64,000 bases of DNA, taken from the NCBI GenBank assembly GCA_001244265.2, contig CDLV01000014.1:186001-250000 (forward strand), read 5' to 3'. Made by a program: the position numbers and the translations under genes. The notes beneath the pieces are model-generated. The model did not search any database. It was not told the origin of the DNA and saw only the letters and a program-made list of their open reading frames with translations. Of this stretch, positions 60,154 through 64,000 are shown in pieces (the first letter of the stretch is position 1; every line of letters begins with the position of its first letter). The stretch comes from Microbotryum violaceum. Lineage: Eukaryota.

Positions 60154-62472
60154 TCAATACTCGCCTTCGAGTTCGTTCGCAAAGTACAGAATACATTCCC
60201 TGATCCCAGCCAGCGTGGTCCACTTCGGCTGCCACCCCAATTCTTGCCTCGCCCTCGAAATATCCGGTCTACGTCTCGGCGGATCGTCAACGACAGCAGC
60301 CTCGTAAATAATTACCGACATTTCATTCTCATCCACCTGCGCCGCTTTGCCCATCGCCGACGTTTCGGCAAGTGGTCTTCCATCGGTCAAGCTCAACTTC
60401 TCATTCGTTTCCCTCAACGAAGGCGAAAAATACGCCTCGTACTCGTCCTCGCGTCTGGACAAATCCGAACGACGAGGAATCTCACCGTCCTTTCGCATCT
60501 TGTGAACGGTGTCGCGGATGAGGTGCGCCCATTCGGCCACGGTCGCTTCGTCCTCGGAACCGATGTTGACCGGTTCGACAAAGGTCGAGGCCATCAGTGC
60601 GATCAAGCCGGAGACCAAATCATGCACAAACTGTATGAGATTAGGACGACAGCACCACAGTTAGATACTGATCTTCCGGAGCAGATGTCGTAAGTCACGA
60701 TCATTGAAAGCCTACCATCAAAGACCTTGTTGCTGTCCCATCGCCGTAGATCCGGATCGGCTCCCGCTTCAAAGCCGCTACGATAAAGTTGGACACCAAT
60801 CTCCCATCGTCCATATTCATCCTCGGGCCGTAGCAGTTGAAGATGCGTGCAACGCGGACATCGACTCCGTCTTGACGATGATAGCCGTACGTCAGGGCTT
60901 CCGCGACTCGTTTGCCTGAATAGCAAAAACAATCAGGTGAGATCCAAATTTTGAACGAAGGGCAACACCAAAGCGCACCTTCGTCATAACACGCCCTCGG
61001 TCCCACAGGATTGACATGACCCCAGTACGTTTCCTGCTGGGGATGTTGTTCGGGACTGCCGTAAATCTCACTCGTCGAGGAGAGGAGGAACCGCGCTTTG
61101 ACACGCTTCGCTAGACCAAGCATGTTGAACGTGCCGAGGAAGTTGGTCTTGAGCGTCTTGACCGCGTTGGCTTGGTACGCTCTGCGCGTGAGTGCAGAGA
61201 AGGACGTTCTGAGTCAGGATTTCCAAGGGGGAGGATGCTTTGATCGAGGTGAGAGGACTAACTTGGGTGAAGCGGGACAAGCGAGATGATAAATCTGATC
61301 GACTTCGACCATGAAGGGTTCGGTCACATCGGCTCGAACCAATTCGAAATTGGGATGGCCGACTGGTCCGCATGAGAATGTGGAGCACAAGTCAGCCTTT
61401 GCGTTCGCTTCGTCTTGATCGGAGCCCCCACCACTTACCCCAGTGGGAGATGGACGTTTTGGAACCGGAGAAAAAGTTGTCGAGTACAACGACATCGTGG
61501 CCCGAGCACATCAAGCGATCCTGGAAAGGTGAACCATAGCCATGTTGAACACCGCCTCTTGTTCGATCAAGTGAGCAACATGATTCACTCACGACCAAAT
61601 GACTACCGACGAAGCCCGCTCCGCCGGTCACCAGGACCCTCCTCCGATCCTTCTGGGCTAGCCTCCGTACCGGCGGGAACGTCGACCTCTGCGTGAAGCT
61701 GACGGAGCGAAACGAGGCGCCCGACGATCGCCTCGAGTGATGACCGCCGTATGCGGTGGAGGATCCGTCGCTGCTATGCAGCATCGGAGCGGTCGAGGGA
61801 TGGTCGTAACCGGGTTGCAGGACAGGGGTCGAAGGGCACGGGTCGTTCCCAAAATCCGAGTCAGAGCTGGCTTGAATAGCGGATTGTGAAAGGTATAAAG
61901 ATTGGAGCTGATTGGGAGCCAAAGAGGACGTCAGATGACAAAAAGTAGCGCTCGATCCCATTCTCAACACCCACCAAGTCCAAGGGCAGTCCATCGATGG
62001 AGGAAATGGCGTTGCCTTTCCGGTCGACGGTCGGCGCCAGCACGATCGAGCCATTGCTGGCATGGCTACGCAAACTGAGGTCGCTGCACCTCTTGGACAG
62101 CCGATGCCGAGCCTGTGCCTGTGCTTGTGCGACCCTCTTGGGTGTGCCTCCGACGGATGACCTCGGTGTGAATGGCCCCGCTAGTCGAGTCAGCCTGTCG
62201 TCGTCGATGTCTTGGTCTGTGTCCCGGTCATTCTCCTGCTCAGGCCTCCTAGGATCTTGATCGTGATCGAGCTCGTGGTGTTGGCTCTCGATCAAAGACG
62301 ATCCCCGCTGAGGGAACGCCTGCTGCTGGTGCCGCAAGAGCGGTTCGTGCGAACGATCAAGCGAGTCCGAGTCCGAGTCGGCCTTGGTTGGGGTGTTGGA
62401 CCGCGACGAGGCTTTGATCGTGTCCGCTCGAGAGAGCGGCATCCATCTTGGTGGAGAGTCAGGTTCGGCCAT
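60154..62472 (-). CDS. UXS1: UDP-glucuronate decarboxylase (UDP-xylose synthase), multi-exon
   Basis: '[21 protein letters not shown]', '[12 protein letters not shown]', 'STSEIYG', '[21 protein letters not shown]', '[10 protein letters not shown]...DGRLVSNFI' and '[10 protein letters not shown]'. Confidence 0.95.
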
Positions 62473-62874
62473 CGTTTTTTGGGCAAAGTCGACCGCCGAG
62501 AGCACAAGCTGCAGCGCAAACGCGGCGAGGCGAGGCGAGCGACGGTCACAGTTCACGCGTTCATGCGTTCACAATTCACACGAAAAGGGACTGCTCGACT
62601 CTGCTCGACTGCTAGTGCTCACTCAGGTACTCAGGTGCAGACGGCGATCAGCCGAGTTGGGCGAACGCTGGCCAAGGGCGATCATTTCCCGTATCGGATG
62701 CATAGTGTGGAATTCTTTAGGTCTTACTAGTTTTTACCCCTCGCAAAATTAACCGAGGACGAACTTGGGTAGGCGAAAATCGCCTTTTGTAATTTATCAT
62801 CATAGCTCGGTTCCTTTTCTTGGTCATGCCAGCCAGAGAAGAAACAAGTAGAGCTTCGTTCCTCACTACCACGC

Positions 62875-64000
62875 TCAAAGCGTGTTCTCGGTCAACAAAT
62901 CCTTGAGCGACTCTTGCACGCGCTTCTTCATCGTCACCTCGCCGCAGCGCACCCACACGCGCGGGTCGTAGTACTTCTTGTTGGGGCCGTCGGGTTTTTC
63001 GGGGTTGCCGACCTGCGTCTCGAGGTACGCGGCCTTCTCCTTGAAGTAGTCGCGGAAGCCGATCATGTAGCCCCATTGCGCGTCCGTGTCGACGTTCATC
63101 TGTTTCAAAAAAGCAGACTCTACATCAGTCACGATGCCACATACCACTAGGGACGCAACTGCACTGACCTTGATCACACCGTTCTGAACAGCGGTCGAGA
63201 TCTCCTCCTTGGTCGAGCCGGATCCACCGTGGAAGACGAGGTAGCTGTTGGACCACGCTGTCGATCAGCCAACGCCGCGAAGAAAGGTTAAAGCTCTCAT
63301 GTTTGCTCAACTTACATGGGAAGAGGGTTCTTGGACTTGAGCTGCTCGTGGCAGTACTTTTGGTGCTTGGCCAACAACTCGGGCTGCAATTTGACGTTTC
63401 CGGGCTTGTACACACCGTGGACGTTACCGAACGCGGCCGCGATCGAGAACATGGGCGAGATGGGCGACAGCGCGTTGTGGATGTCGAGGATGTCCTCGGG
63501 CTGGGTGTAGAGTGACGCGTTGTCGACGCCCGTGTTATCGACGCCATCCTCCTCACCACCGGTGATGCCGATCTCCATCTCGAGCCATTGGTCGATCTTG
63601 GCCATGCGCTTGAAGTACTTGACGCACGTCTCAATGTTCTCCTCCTTGGACTCTTCCGAGAGGTCGAGCATGTGCGACGAGAACAAGGGCTCGCCGTGGG
63701 CCTTGTAGTACGCCTCGTCGGCCTCGAGCATCCCTGTGGTGAATCGGGTCAGCTCCTTCCTGACCGCTTTCAAATCTGGTATGAGAATGTCCGTTTCGAC
63801 TGACCATCGAACCAAGGCAAAAGTTTCTTGGCGCAGTGGTCAGAGTGGATGACGACGGGGCTGAAAAAGATGAACAGCGCACAACATCAGTGCCCGAGAC
63901 TTGCTGGTGACGGCTCGCTGCTCACCGGTTACTCACATGCCGTAAGCGGGGGCAATAGCGCGGATGTAGTGAGCGGCCGCGACAGCGCCGGCGATCGAAC
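62875..64000 (-). CDS. FBA1: Class II fructose-bisphosphate aldolase, 3' portion; 5' end lies outside the window
   Basis: 'VIHSDHCAKKLLPWFD', 'PLFSSHMLDLSEE', 'EMEIGITGGEEDGVDN', 'FGNVHGVYKPGNV', 'VFHGGSGS' and 'PNKKYYDPRVWVR'. Confidence 0.97.

Noticed and set aside
1-64000. tRNA or rRNA genes
   Set aside because: No cloverleaf, A/B-box pair or rRNA-like segment was recognised by eye. A tRNAscan-SE/Infernal run would be needed to exclude them.

Overview
Gene-dense, intron-rich eukaryotic DNA from a basidiomycete fungus. The short GT-AG introns with CTGAC/CTAAC branch sites and the gene content suggest Pucciniomycotina/Microbotryomycetes, but this is inference. The window holds about 17 conventional genes: STT4 PI4-kinase (3' part), a GT92-like glycosyltransferase, an Inn1/Fic1-like C2 protein, Tfb6-like, RNA Pol I A34-like, CKS1, an F-box protein, an insulysin/STE23-like peptidase, Nvj2-like, CBF5, REV1, a tandem CCCH zinc-finger protein, a DHA1 MFS transporter, an aldo-keto reductase, a divergent GH2 beta-mannosidase/GH1 beta-glucosidase pair, UXS1 and FBA1 (3' part). 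Two accessory regions stand out. (1) 14.6-18.2 kb contains two decayed secretory-lipase paralogues around another eroded gene. (2) 44498-51458 is a ~7 kb CACTG-ended En/Spm (CACTA/CMC)-type transposon. It has imperfect TIRs, dense subterminal arrays of a GGGTAWTACCC palindrome, a disrupted transposase, and a divergently transcribed second gene of unknown function carrying a (Gly-Ser)n minisatellite. It lies between the head-to-head MFS and AKR genes. Exon boundaries were read by eye and are approximate unless given explicitly.
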